A DNA stretch of 63,572 nucleotides, filler included, from Olpidium bornovanus S191 (taxonomy: Eukaryota > Fungi > Olpidiomycota), in NCBI GenBank assembly GCA_017911155.1. It is 30 parts of 30 records of this genome, joined end to end, with 100 filler letters (N's around TTAATTAATTAA, not from the genome) between each part and the next. Parts side by side here need not be neighbours in the genome. Positions count along the whole stretch, not along the records: positions 12,748 to 13,914 come from JAEFCI010009578.1; positions 14,015 to 15,687 come from JAEFCI010004250.1; positions 15,788 to 17,870 come from JAEFCI010011003.1; positions 17,971 to 19,036 come from JAEFCI010013306.1; positions 19,137 to 20,979 come from JAEFCI010000828.1; positions 21,080 to 24,217 come from JAEFCI010007574.1; positions 24,318 to 25,968 come from JAEFCI010007831.1; 23 more parts are not named here. One strand, 5' to 3'. Within the stretch, counting starts at the first letter, position 1; every line of letters starts with the position of its first letter. Under the pieces are notes generated by a model. That model had not been told where the DNA came from. It ran no database searches and was given only the letters and a program-made list of their open reading frames with translations. Both the position numbers and the translations under genes were made by a program. Positions 13,104 through 24,704 of this stretch are shown here, piece after piece.

Positions 13104-13539
13104 GGCGGCTGTTGTGAAGCGAGATACTCAAGGCGACTACCGATAAAAGATTAGGCTGAACGTAAGGCTGCGGAAAAAGAAAGATTACGCGTTGTGACTC
13201 GAGACGCATATGGTTCCCCTCCCCCCCCCCAAAAGAATTTTCTTCTCCCGCCCCGCCCTCTAAAAATTTCGGGAAAAATCCCACCACCCCCGAACGCCCA
13301 CGCGCGGCGAAAACTCTCGCAGAATAGAACGAACGCGTCCTCGAGTAACGTTAGAGTCATAGAACGAACGAACCCCAGAGCGAGTGGGAGAGGGAAAGAG
13401 AAAGGGAGACGGAGAGAACGCTTGCGAGAACTGGAATTTAGAGGCTGGGTTTTGGAGTTTTGAGTGCAAGAGCTGGAACAATGACTTTCCACAAGGCCCG
13501 GCGCTGCCTGTCCTCAACTGCCCACCTATTTTCCCAAAA
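13104..13539 (+). mobile_element. Dispersed repeat, copy 1 (homologous to 46652-47069); probably a degenerate retroelement segment
   Basis: Long near-identical stretches are shared with 46652-47069 (e.g. CAAGGCGACTACCGATAAAAGATT, CTCTCGCAGAATAGAACGAACGCGTCCTCGAGTAACGTTAGAGTC, ACTTTCCACAAGGCCCGGCGC). Stops and frameshifts are present. Retroelement origin is inferred from the gag-like ORF next to copy 2. Confidence 0.75.
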
Positions 13540-14084
13540 ACGCGGTTTACACCGTGAACCGGGCCGGGAAGAAAATGCCGGCACCAGAGATGCCGCGGCG
13601 AAGAACGATCGGTCCGCTGACAGTAACGCTGGAAAGCGGGGGAAACGTAAGCGTACGCTTCCCGCAAGTGCCGGCAGCAAGGAAAACACACCTGTCAAGC
13701 AGGAGGGGCCAGCTAGTCGTCGTACTCAGAAGAAAGCAAAACGGAACGGAATGGCGACCTGAGTAAATCTACCTGGTCAAGGTACAAACATACCATGCGC
13801 AGACACCGCTATGTCGATGCTCTGTAGCAGCTCAGCCAGAAGCTCGACTTCAGCTACGGATGTTAATTCAATCTTACCTCGTTTTTCTCCCGCCCGAGCC
13901 GCCATTTCGAACCGNNNNNNNNNNNNNNNNNNNNNNNNNNNNNNNNNNNNNNNNNNNNTTAATTAATTAANNNNNNNNNNNNNNNNNNNNNNNNNNNNNN
14001 NNNNNNNNNNNNNNAACCCCCCCCCCCCCAAATTTTTTTTTTTATTGAAATGAGGTAAAAAAAAATTTGGGGGGGGGAGGGGCC

Positions 14085-14124
<40 letters not shown>

Positions 14125-14431
14125 AAAAAAAAAAACCCCTCGTCTGTGTAACTTCATCCGCGTTGGCATATTTCACAGTGGTAATATCACACCGCAGTCC
14201 GCCGCAGTCGATCCCTTCGATTCCGTGAGTACCTTTTGGCAACGATAGGTGCTTTTGCTGCGCCGTCAGCATAGCTGCCGAGTCTTGAAGATCTGTTTGC
14301 ACTCGATGCGTTTCCGCCCTGCAGGGTGGCCGACCCGCCCGGCGGATCCCGCGTTCGGTGAGCGTCGCGGGAGTCCAACTCGGACGTGCCGGCCGCCTTC
14401 CAGTCCGCAGCCATTTGGGACATTGATTTCT

Positions 14432-14787
14432 TCGTGGAGAATGAGGGGGTTCCTGAGGTCGTCGTGGAGAATGAGGGGGTTCCTGAGGTCGTCATCGAAC
14501 CCATTGGCGGCCGTGACGCACATGACGAGGAACGATTACGGAACGCTTCCGTTTTCTCAATATGCACCTTTTTCTCAATATGCACCTTTTTCTCAATATG
14601 CAGAGCTCCATTCCAGGGCGCTGCGGCCGCCCACGGCTCGAGCGCCGCAGCTCTACCCCTTCGATCTGAGGGTTCCTCTTCGGGTCTTTTCGGAAACCGC
14701 TTCGGGCGCGGTTCCTCTTCGGGTCTTATCGGAAACCGCTTCGGGCGCGGTTCCTCTTCGGGTCTTTTCGGAAGCCGCTTCGGGCGC
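14432..14787. repeat. Three adjacent tandem arrays: 30 bp x2 (14432-14493), 18 bp x~3 (14552-14602), 39 bp x3 (14671-14787)
   Basis: Units are TCGTGGAGAATGAGGGGGTTCCTGAGGTCG, TTTTCTCAATATGCACCT and GGTTCCTCTTCGGGTCTTTTCGGAAACCGCTTCGGGCGC. All unit lengths are multiples of 3. Confidence 0.92.
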
Positions 14788-15291
14788 CTCCTCGAGACTG
14801 TTGGAGGCGATCGGCTTGCTATTTCGTTCGAAGGAGGAGCCGGTCGAAGCGCGGGCCCATTTTCGGCGGTATAAAGCGGCGGCTTTCAGGTCAAGGGCCT
14901 CGAACCAACGCCCTCGAAATGGCTTGCGGAGCGTCATCCCGCGCTGCCTGCGGCGTGTCGCGCCTGTCCAAAAGGCGCTTGTGGAGGCTGGAGACATGCA
15001 CGAGTGCCTCGCCCGGTGTTTTGCCGTCCGCGCGGGCCCGGCTCCCTGACCTTGGCATCCGGCGACTGCGGCCGGGGTTCTGCGCCGGCGGCACGGAACC
15101 ACAGGCCCTTTTTGAATTGTCCAACTTACCCTCGTCCAAGCGCGCAACATGCCGCGCACCGTGATGGCCGTCGGCGACGTCCGCTACGGCGACGTCCATA
15201 GACGATCATGGGCGCCCATAATAGGATGTTTATTGACCATAATATGATGTTGATTAGGACACCCGAAACCCAAATGTTCGACATGTATTAA

Positions 15292-15408
15292 TGCGCTTGC
15301 GTTCGCGGCATCTCGTAACGTTGCGCACCGTTATATTCCGGCATCTGCAATACGATACGCTGCGCTTGCGTTCGCGGCATCTCGTAACGTTGCGCACCGT
15401 TATATTCC
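15292..15408. repeat. Perfect 48-bp direct repeat separated by a 21-bp spacer
   Basis: TGCGCTTGCGTTCGCGGCATCTCGTAACGTTGCGCACCGTTATATTCC occurs at 15292-15339 and 15361-15408. Confidence 0.95.
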
Positions 15409-15787
15409 ACAAAGGGTTAGCACAAAGGCCTCACCGCAGCGGCGAGGGCTTCCCGGCAGCATCCAAACCGTGCAATTTTGCGCTTCTACTTTTCCAACGT
15501 GCACAAGAATGGTGTCGCACATAGGCCACCGCGAAGCCTCCGGGGACACCGTAGTCACAAACAGGTTCATGTATATTGAAAATGGACGCCGAACCGTTTT
15601 TTTTTTGAAACCAGTGCTTGGCTGTAATTATGCCTCCTTAGTTCGGCAAACTATTTTTACTTGCTCTTGGCAATCTTGCTAGCTTCCNNNNNNNNNNNNN
15701 NNNNNNNNNNNNNNNNNNNNNNNNNNNNNNNTTAATTAATTAANNNNNNNNNNNNNNNNNNNNNNNNNNNNNNNNNNNNNNNNNNNN

Positions 15788-15808
15788 GGGGGGCGGGGGG
15801 GGGGGGGG

Positions 15809-15885
<77 letters not shown>
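15788..15885. repeat. About 100-nt near-pure poly-G tract at contig start
   Basis: Directly visible; its length may be inflated by sequencing error. Confidence 0.85.
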
Positions 15886-15886
<1 letters not shown>

Positions 15887-16860
15887 AGGTTTCGGGTGGG
15901 GGTGCGGGGTTTTGGAGCGGGGACGGTGTGTTTGTGAGCGAGACGGTGTGTTTGTGAGCGAGACGGTCGGGGCGGGGGGGCGCGGCCCGGGGGCGGGGGG
16001 GGGGGGGCCGGGGGGGGGGGGGGAGGGGGGGGGGGGGGGCGCGGGGGGGGAAAAAAAAAAAAAAAAAAAAAAAAAAATAAATTTGAGAGCTGAGCACGCT
16101 GCCGCCTCCCGCTCGAACGGAGCTCGGCCGGGGCCGCACACCGCCGGGCGACGGCCGGGTTGCGGAATGGCCGGCGCACGCTGTGTATGAATCGGGCGAG
16201 GCGGAAACTCGCGCAGCGGCTTCTGGCTCTCACGGCTGACTGGCACGCACGTCGGAGGAGGCGGCCGGCGATTGTTTTCCCCGCTGACGACCGCCGCGCG
16301 ACAATACGGTGATGTTCGCAGGTGATCCAATGGAAAGCAGAGACAAAAACTATATCTGCGCCCGTTGGGCACTTCGGACGCCGCGGTCGGGCCGGCGTAT
16401 TTATTACGCGCCCGGCTTGCCGGCTCTATCTTTGTCGACGAGGAAGGCGATACTGTGGCAGGAAAGGTGCGGTGCGCCTCGGTTGCGACGGATGAGGGGA
16501 TTGAAGCGCACCTTGCTCGGCGCCAGTCCAAAAACGGCCGCGATGCGCTCGGTGCTGGCTCAGGATTGCTAAGAATCGCACTGATATACGCGCCCGTTCC
16601 GCCTGAGCGGATCTGCGTTTGCAAGTCCGGGGTTGAGGAGTGGGGGAGGAGGACAAAGGGGAAGGGAGGACAAAGCGGGAGTGGGGAAGGTTCCGAAGGG
16701 GAAACGGAAATGGAATAGTAAATGTATTTGGCGCGAGCGCAACCTGCGGGCGTGAGAAGTTGCGAATTCTGGCGCTGCCTGTAAACGGAGATAACGGGAA
16801 TTTTTTCGCTGCCGACGATCACCGGGCGGTTCGCCCTCGGGGTAACAAGCGGAACGCAGA

Positions 16861-17870
16861 TTATTCCGCCGGAGCTGCTGCGCAGGTTTCCTCCATGTTG
16901 GCGTCGTCGCTTTTCGCCGCGGCCTTCTTTTTCTTCCCGCCGCCTTCTCCGCCGCGCGAACAACCGCTTCTGCCTTTCCAGCTCTGGAGCTTCGGCACCG
17001 GCTTCCAGTAGTATTGCGTGTCGACCATGGTGCAGCTCCTCGGGGCTCCCTTGCCGATGTCGGCGTACGTCGCGCGCCGGGCGGCGTCCGGATCCGCGGA
17101 GATGTCGTAGTGCCACAGATCCTCCCTCTCCTTCCCCGTGGCGTCCTTGCCGGTGCGCGGCACCCGAACGAAAAACGGGTGCTCTTCCAGGGCCCGCGAG
17201 ACGTAGTGCTTCCAGGAGGGCGCCTCCTCGGGGCGCCGAGCGGACGGAACGGCGCCCGCCATCTCCTCGAGCACGTCCGAGATCGTCATGGACCGCTTCC
17301 CGGAGAATACCAGCGCGTCGGCTATGAGCGACTCGTAGGAGTACGGCCCGCCCGGAGGGTGGGGCGGAGGCGGCCGCGGGGTTACCGCCGCGTTATCCCT
17401 GTGCTCCCGCTCCGCGTCCGCCGAACAGTGCTTCGTCGATGCGCTCTCGTTAGCCGCGGGTTTCCTCCGCGAAGAGCTGCCGCTCTCCGACTCGGGCGCG
17501 TTGCGCTCCCTGCCCACTTCGTCGGTCCACCCGCGCGCGGATTCCGCGTCGTCCCCCGAACTCTCGTCGCAGCTGGAGATCAATAGGTCCGGGACGGAAG
17601 ACAATGGGCTGCTGACGCCGTTGGAGGACAATCGGGGGCAACGCCGTTTTGCGCGATTGGCGGCGTCCTGTTGCGATTTGCGTTCCCGGGCGTATCTCAA
17701 CAGCGAGGGTCGCCGGCTGCGATCGGTCGAAGCTGCAGAAGCGGGGCGACATGGCCCGTCACCGGAATTCTCTTTGGAATCCTGCTCCTCCGACGATCGA
17801 GCGCTCTCGGCAGGCGGTTTGCGAGCAGGTCTGCTCGTGAAGAATTTGACAGCTTGGGCCGCGGCTTTGA
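16861..17870 (-). CDS. TOS4: Tos4/Plm2-like transcription regulator, C-terminal part (FHA domain not in contig); 5' partial
   Basis: The frame is open from the contig end to 16861. The C-terminus VPRTGKDATGKEREDLWHYDISADPDAARRATY...GKGAPRSCTMVDTQYYWKP matches the fungal Tos4/Plm2 C-terminal motif (GKDAAGKPLE..YYY..E.D.D..R...G.R.CRK.HKQY.WK). Confidence 0.75.
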
Positions 17871-18050
17871 NNNNNNNNNNNNNNNNNNNNNNNNNNNNNN
17901 NNNNNNNNNNNNNNTTAATTAATTAANNNNNNNNNNNNNNNNNNNNNNNNNNNNNNNNNNNNNNNNNNNNGGCTTGCTGTCGTTCGTCCGACCTTCCGAA
18001 CGTCACTCATTGCGGCCCAACGCCTTTCGGGGAGATGGTGTTGCGTGCAG

Positions 18051-18763
18051 GCCAGAGGTACCGCTCAGGCAGCAACGTCCCTCGAGACATGGTTAAAGCT
18101 GGCGAGTTCTTCCGCAAAGCAATCGAGAAAAATCGTAAGCACGGAAACAGAAAACCTGTTGCACACGTCTGCGCGCGGTGTCGATCCGTTAAAATAGCCT
18201 GTATTTTTCCAGCGGATCCCAACGCATACTTCTACTTGGCGGACATGCATTCCAAAGGCGATGGAGTGGAGAAGGATGAGCAGCAGGCATTTGAATTGCT
18301 CCGTGCCGCGACCACGTACGGAATTCCCGAGGCGCAGCACAACGTTGCTGTACGGTACATAGAGGGACTCGGTTGCGAGAAGGATAATGCCATGGCCATA
18401 TCGTATCTAGAAATGGCGGCGATGCAGGGGTACCAACCGTCCATGGTGAGTGTGGAAGCGCAGGCTCCCGGCGTTGTCCGGCTTAGCCGCGCTGACGCCC
18501 TATATTTTCCCGCACATATACCCTGCGTATAGATCAACCTGGCGAAACATTACTCCGAGGGCGCCATCGTTGACTTCGACGAAGGCAAAGCACGGCATCT
18601 GTTCCAGTCCGTCGTTGACCGCGAGCCCCCGTTTTCGCCGTTCTGCGTTGCCGCCCAAGATGGGCTCAAGCACCTTGAAGCGCTGAAGGATTCGGGTGCC
18701 GCCCCAGCCCGGTCACTAAGCAAGAAAATGCGCGGCGGAGGCTCCCTGTGCGTGATGATGTAA
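18051..18763 (+). CDS. Sel1-like repeat protein ending in a CaaX box (CVMM); 5' partial
   Basis: Three spliced exons give SLR units (AYFYLADMHSKGDGVEKDEQQAFELLRAA; AQHNVAVRYIEGLGCEKDNAMAISYLEMAAMQGY; INLAKHYSEG). The last exon, 18533-18763, ends KKMRGGGSLCVMM*. Confidence 0.85.
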
Positions 18764-19136
18764 CCGTGCCTGGGCCCTACAGGCGGACATGCTGCAGATG
18801 TCGGGGAAGCGAGCAACAATTGTCGATAATGTGTCGAATTCCTGCGAACGGGTTGGCTATGCCGGAAGTTTTCGGCGGCAGTTGCAACCGTTAGACGGGC
18901 GCCAGTCCAGCCATCCATGTCTTGTTACTAGCTCTCCATATCCCGACAATTTTCCACGGTACCATCCGCATCATTCGCGGGATACCTCGGGATGTTCGCC
19001 GAACCTACTGCAAGAGGAGCATAGTGAACGTCACCCNNNNNNNNNNNNNNNNNNNNNNNNNNNNNNNNNNNNNNNNNNNNTTAATTAATTAANNNNNNNN
19101 NNNNNNNNNNNNNNNNNNNNNNNNNNNNNNNNNNNN

Positions 19137-19179
19137 CTGTCTGGAGATTATTTTCTTTCTTGTGTTTCCTTCATCTGCG

Positions 19180-19211
<32 letters not shown>

Positions 19212-19615
19212 CAACCGACCCGGCGTGCTTCGCCGTCTCTCTTTTTCGTTTTTCGTTTTTTTCTATTTTTTTTTTATTTTCTATACCTTTGCCGCCCGAA
19301 GCGGCGATGGCGACTCTGTCCCCCGGGCGGAAGAGCCGAGCGGCGACGATGGTGTTGTGCACCTCGGTCTCAAACACCCTGTAGAAGCACTCCCGGCATA
19401 TCTGCTGCCCAGTCTTCGGCCTCTTCAGGACGGCCTTCGCCAGGCCGCACAGCATGCACGGACGGACCATCTTTGCTTTTTTTTTGTCCTATTTTCGTTC
19501 TCTTTATGGCGGAATTTTTTGGAGTACACGGGAAGGGCCAACAGAATAAAAAAAAAAAAAAAAAAAACCTTTCGCAGATGAAGGAAACACAAGAAAGAAA
19601 ATAATCTCCAGACAG
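19137..19615. repeat. Perfect 48-bp inverted repeat (19137-19184 vs 19568-19615) next to poly-T/poly-A runs; probable assembly fold-back
   Basis: CTGTCTGGAGATTATTTTCTTTCTTGTGTTTCCTTCATCTGCGAAAGG+T(n) is the exact reverse complement of A(n)+CCTTTCGCAG...CTCCAGACAG. Confidence 0.9.
19287..19470 (-). CDS. NCS6: Cytoplasmic tRNA 2-thiolation protein 1 (Ncs6/CTU1), exon 1 only
   Basis: [61 protein letters not shown] contains two CxxC motifs and the start of the PP-loop SGGKDS. A GTATAG donor follows. Confidence 0.95.
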
Positions 19616-21154
19616 TTTACATACAAAGAGGCGGGAGACGCTCGGCGCGGACACACGCCCCGCGCCTTCTACTGGACTCAGGCAACGCGGCCCGGTTTTG
19701 CTTCCGAACTCACCGCGCCCCAATCCACCTTCCTTTCAACGAATCGCGGTTTCGTCCACCCGTCCGCGCCAATCCCGTGCGCTTTTCCTTCTCGCGCGAG
19801 AGGAGAAGGCTGCGCCGAAACGGACACGCGACCTCGGAAGGCCGTGCAGATGGGTCAAAGCCGCCATTAAAAAAATTCCCGGCTCCACCCTCCCCCTCAT
19901 CTTCGCGTTTTGCTCTGCTCGCAAATCCACGTGCCGGTGCTTCCTCTTCGTGCCGAGTCTAGAAATGTTTGCGTGCACACCTGTTTTACGTTTTCGACAG
20001 TTTTACGACTCTAAGGAAGCATTTCGATCCTGGATGTTTCCCGAGTTCTTTATCGGCTGGAGCAGGAATTGAAGGGGAGATGCTTTCGTGACGGGGACGT
20101 TTAACGACCAGAAAAAACGGATCAGGGGTGAATATTAGAAAAACTACCCTTCTGGTTTCCTTCGCACAAGCCGGAATCAACAAAACTTAAGGAATACGAC
20201 AGCGGCCGTTTCTGTCACACACCACACTTCCCCAGCACGCATTGTACGAGCGCTCGCTTGATCGGGATGTTTTCAAACTGCCCACCATATTGCTTTCTTT
20301 TGCCAATTATTTGCGGGTTTCCGCCTTTCGGGAACCCCGCTCCCCCGACCAGAAACGCCCGGACCGCTATGGACAGGGGGGTAAAGGGGCTTGTCCTCCC
20401 CGCTCAAAACTGCGGTGACGATTTTTCTCCGCCAGGGTGGACAGCGGCCCGTCCGCCGTGGGGCCTCCTTTCGTTCGCCTTTTTTTTTCGCGCAATTCGC
20501 TGTTGTGAATGCGGCGCCGGCGTTTCGCCGCGCGCTCTCTTGCTCTCAGTCTTCGGCGCGTGCCCGTCCGGGATCAGAACCACGCAATTTCTTGCAGTGC
20601 GCGGCGCAGGGAAGGGGAGAGATGTTGGGGTGGAGGGAGGGGAAAGGTGGTTTGAGAGAGAAGGAAGGTGCAACGATGAAAAGTCCGACGCACTAAACCC
20701 GACGCACTAAACCCGACGCACGGTTGAATTCTTCCTTTGTATTGCAAAGAGAAAAGGCGGTGAGGAAGGGAGGAAGGATGCGGAGGGGTCTCTTGTTTAC
20801 GATACGGGAAGGGCCACGTGTTCTATGGATCTACGGTTTGACTGGTGAGAAGGAGGTTGCGCACATCTCTGCGCCGCACGCTACAAACGCGCCTAACTAG
20901 CTTGCGGGGCGTCGTACAACTTCGAAACGGGACCTTTTGCGGGTGTGTGGGGGATGAGGGGGGGGGGGGGGGGGGGGGANNNNNNNNNNNNNNNNNNNNN
21001 NNNNNNNNNNNNNNNNNNNNNNNTTAATTAATTAANNNNNNNNNNNNNNNNNNNNNNNNNNNNNNNNNNNNNNNNNNNNCCCCCAAATTGGTGGTGGTAT
21101 TGCGTACGGAAGTTTCGTGCTAATGTTTCACCGGTTTTGTGCACTTTTGATTAG

Positions 21155-21711
21155 GTGAACCCCAAAGATTTTAGCGATGTCAAAAAGACCTTGGGTCATG
21201 CGTCCACCTTCGAAAAGGACTTTGATATCAGGTATCTTGACGAGGCGCGGCTCCGCAACTATTGCAAATTTTTAGGTATCGCAAGCTGGGGACCGGAAGC
21301 TTTGTTGAGGAAACGGTTGGAAGACTACATGGATTTTATACGAAAAGAGGATATCGTGAGTTCGGTGCAGCGCCGCGAAGGTATGCCTGTGCACTGGATG
21401 CTGACTGTGGCACCTCTTCACCGCCGACTCAGTACATTGCTGCGGAGGGGGTCGACCAGCTTTCAGTCACTGAGTTGGAGAGCGCATGTGAAAACCGCGG
21501 CATATCCACGGCAAAATCCAACCCGGCGCGGCTCCGCTTGGAATTGTCGCGCTGGATACGTCTCAGCACCGCGAGAGCGGGAAGCGTGCTTCCCAACGGC
21601 GACATGACGAACGTTCCTGTGACGGATGTTTCCCTCAGCAAGGATGTCGCTGCCGTCCAATCCCCAATGCTTGTGTTCATTCAAATGTTTATGCACGACA
21701 CGACGGAGTGA
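21155..21711 (+). CDS. LETM1-domain mitochondrial protein (Mdm38/LETMD1-like), last two exons; 5' partial
   Basis: LRNYCKFLGIASWGPEALLRKRLEDYMDFIRKEDI, intron 21356-21432, then YIAAEGVDQLSVTELESACENRGI. This is the LETM1 ribosome-binding-domain pattern (LR..L...D..I..EG...L...EL..AC..RG). Confidence 0.85.
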
Positions 21712-22738
21712 AGGCAGCTGTTTTTTGGAGCCCGTGCGTATAGAAAAACAGTATTACTTCACTGCTGTAGAGTACACAGCTCGCCGCCGTTACCTCTCTG
21801 TTCTCGGCTTTCAGTACTGTATGCCCTGCCGTCGAAGAGACCTACGATCAAAATTGTAAAGGCGGGACCAAATGTAGAATCGTTTGATTGTGCCGTTCAC
21901 AATTTGACAAAGTTTTCGCGCCGTCACTCCACGCATTTTCCGGCTGTCCTGGCGTGATTTTTTCCCATCTTAGCCTCGGCGCCCACACCACTTTTCGTTT
22001 CCTACCCGGATACCACATGGCGCGACACAGACGCAGCCGTCCTCGAGCGCGAATCCCAGACCCGGCAGTTCGGGAACCGGACCGAGCTAGGAACGCCCAT
22101 CCCCCATCTGTTGAAGGTACACGGAAAAGTCTTTTCACGGCAGCTGTGGAATATACGCGTTTCGCCATCGGGTTCAAACACGCGTTCTCGCGGAGCGTGG
22201 ACCTTAAAGCTTCCACCCACAAACGCCGGGCCGGACCCCACGTGCTAACGCTTCTCCTCCGTCCGCACAGCACGCCGTTTGACGCCCGTTCCTGCATCGT
22301 GACTGCATAGCAAGGTATGCACCATCGTAAAACAGCACGGGCTGGACGGCGGGCTTAGAATGTCTGCGCGTGGGCCTGGGGCCGGACTCGGCCGACGGCA
22401 AGCGTGCCGCCGTTTACGCATCGCTGAAATAGCCTAGGCCGCTTGCCACGGTCACTTGCAGGGTGATCCAACTCAAGCCGATACATTCCCCGTTTTGTGC
22501 AGCTTTCTCTTCCGGGCTTTTGCATAAGCGTAGCACCATTCAGGCGCCAAAAAATTATTCCCTCCGCCCCTGCCGTCCTTTCTGGCCGGCCACTCGTCAG
22601 TCCGCCTCCGTCCGTGCAGCCGGCTGGTAGATCTGTCAGTCGATCGGTCGGTGGCGCGCAAAATTTATTTCGTCCGGTGTCATTCTCAATCCATTTTTCA
22701 ATCTCTTCTCCCGCCGCCGCCGTCGCCTAAACAACGGA

Positions 22739-24217
22739 ATGACGCTTCGGCTGGACACGCTGCCGATGGAGATCCTCATGAAAATCGCAGCCTACTTGGA
22801 CCGGACGGATCTGCTCTCCCTCAACCATGTGAATGGCACAGTCGCAGCCGGAGCCGCCCGCTGCCTATGGAGCAGCGTTACCCTGCTGACGGATACCCAG
22901 TTGGAAAGCGTCGAGGGGTCTCTGCCGCGGGGAACCGGAACAATGGAGGCAGCTTTGACAAATTCGGACGCGCCATCACGGCCACCACCCGTCGGGAGAG
23001 GCAAGATTTGCCACGTGACAGCTCTGGAGCTGCTCGTGTCCGCTCTTAACGCCCATCGGGTACTACGCGTCCTGAAAGCGCTCGGAACGCAGCTGCTTTC
23101 GCTGCGGCTGGGCCTCGGTCCGGACGAGGCGGAAGGGTGGATGCCGTCACCCACCGCAGGGACGGCGACGCCGGCGGAAGAAGCGCCGCGGCAGGACATC
23201 GTCCGAGGAGACTGCGACGAGGGCGCGCCCTCGGACAAGGCGGAGACCGCTGAAGTCGTTTCCGCAGCATGCGTCAACCTCCGCGAGCTTGAAATTCGAG
23301 GACCCTGCCGCGTGGCGAAACTCCCAAACGAAGTGTGCCTTCTCCAGGCAATATGCCGCCGCGCGATATTCCTGCGAAAGTTGTATCTCGAAAACGTGCG
23401 CATGTCGACAGAAGACGTGCTCTTCGTTGTGAAGAATTATCCTCCAGGCCAGCTGACGGACCTGGGCCTCCGACCGGTCCCCGTTTTAGGAGGACCGGAT
23501 GTTGAGGAAGATTCGGGTGGCGTCACCACCGCGGCCAAACACGGACGGAGCGACGTTGTGCTTGCCGAATTACGTGCTTACCTCCGGGGCGGACTCAGAT
23601 TTCTTGCGCTTGTCGGATGGGGCGCAGGGTTCTTGGACCTGCTGGTGGAGGATTCGACCGCGGAAGGTGGTGGGTGTCCGCGATCTGGCGGTGCCGCGAT
23701 GAGGACTGGCACCTCCCTCGGTCACGATTCGACGCGAGACCACGAGGCGACAACCGTCCAGTTCGCGGGTACGGCCTGCGAACCTGGGCTACCATTGCTT
23801 CGCCATCTTTCAGTCGCGCTCTTCCACCCCAGCGAGGTCGAATATCTTGCCAAGATTGCGTCTCAGGGCTGCTTGCCCAGCGTCTCGGAGCTAACCCTAC
23901 GCGGGATGCCGACGTGGGGCGACGGCCAGGTCCACCTTTCGCAGCTGCTGACCGCTATGCCGCAGCTGCGCTGCCTCTACCTGCCTGCTCTCCGCTCCGG
24001 GTCGGGACATATCCTGTCGGCCATCATGCCGTATATCTGCGGGCTGGAGTCCCTAATTGTCGGCGGACCGATTCGGACGAACCCGGCCCTCTTCAACCTG
24101 GGCGCCGCCTCCGCCATCTCCAACTCTGGGTCGTCACGCACGCTGGCCTTCGTGGAGTTCGAGAGCGCCGGGGCCGGCGACGAGATAGTGATCGCAGCAC
24201 TCGTACGCGGCTGCCCG
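22739..24217 (+). CDS. F-box protein with LRR/RNI-like repeats; 3' partial, no intron seen
   Basis: The N-terminus LDTLPMEILMKIAAYLDRTDLLSLNHVN...ARCLWSSVTL is an F-box consensus. It is followed by L..L.L repeats (NLRELEI, FLRKLYL, QLTDLGL, LLRHLSV, QLRCLYL). The frame is open for about 1.48 kb to the contig end. Confidence 0.85.
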
Positions 24218-24704
24218 NNNNNNNNNNNNNNNNNNNNNNNNNNNNNNNNNNNNNNNNNNNNTTAATTAATTAANNNNNNNNNNNNNNNNNNNNNNNNNNN
24301 NNNNNNNNNNNNNNNNNGCCTCTGTACCATTACGATAATTCGCAGGCCGCGGAAGCCGTACAAAAATGATGAACTCGTTGTTTTTGACGTGTTTTTTTTC
24401 GCATTAGGGCAGTGTACGATAATGGGATGGTTGACATGCGATTTTGCCGAGTTGAAATTGTGCGGAGCATCAGGCTATGCGGAGCACTAAGTGCGTGTGA
24501 TTTGATTCGCAACGGCGGCAGGGGGGCGTGGAAAGAGGGAAGACCGGCGAGTTCTGCGCAAGAGTCCAGCGGCTGCGGGCGTAAATTCTAGAGGTTGAAA
24601 TCTCTGGCTGCGCCCCGACGGAGACAACGTGTCCAATCTGCGGCGGTTCCACTTCCCGCCCAGGTTCGTAACCCGCTCATTTTTTTAATTTCATTTTTTG
24701 TTTC

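Noticed and set aside
15292-15408. CRISPR-like repeat-spacer-repeat
   Set aside because: Only two 48-bp units, a 21-bp spacer, no cas genes and a eukaryotic context.
15732-16233. Poly-Pro, poly-Gly, poly-Phe and poly-Lys ORFs here and elsewhere (e.g. 3954-4676, 39123-39854, 41873-42754, 58071-58823)
   Set aside because: They are translations of homopolymer tracts and N runs, with no protein signal.
16861-17400. A forkhead domain with a mutated recognition helix (PYSYESLIADAL...WKHYVSRAL...FVRVPR)
   Set aside because: The downstream GKDATGK...TQYYWKP motif fits the known Tos4/Plm2 C-terminal domain better, so it is not a novel forkhead variant.
20691-20720. Telomere-like TAAACCC motif
   Set aside because: It is part of a 14-bp unit duplicated twice internally, not a telomeric array.
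22204-22401. DCC1-like thiol oxidoreductase start (PVLFYDG) on the minus strand
   Set aside because: No DxxCxxC could be restored in any frame or splice I tried.
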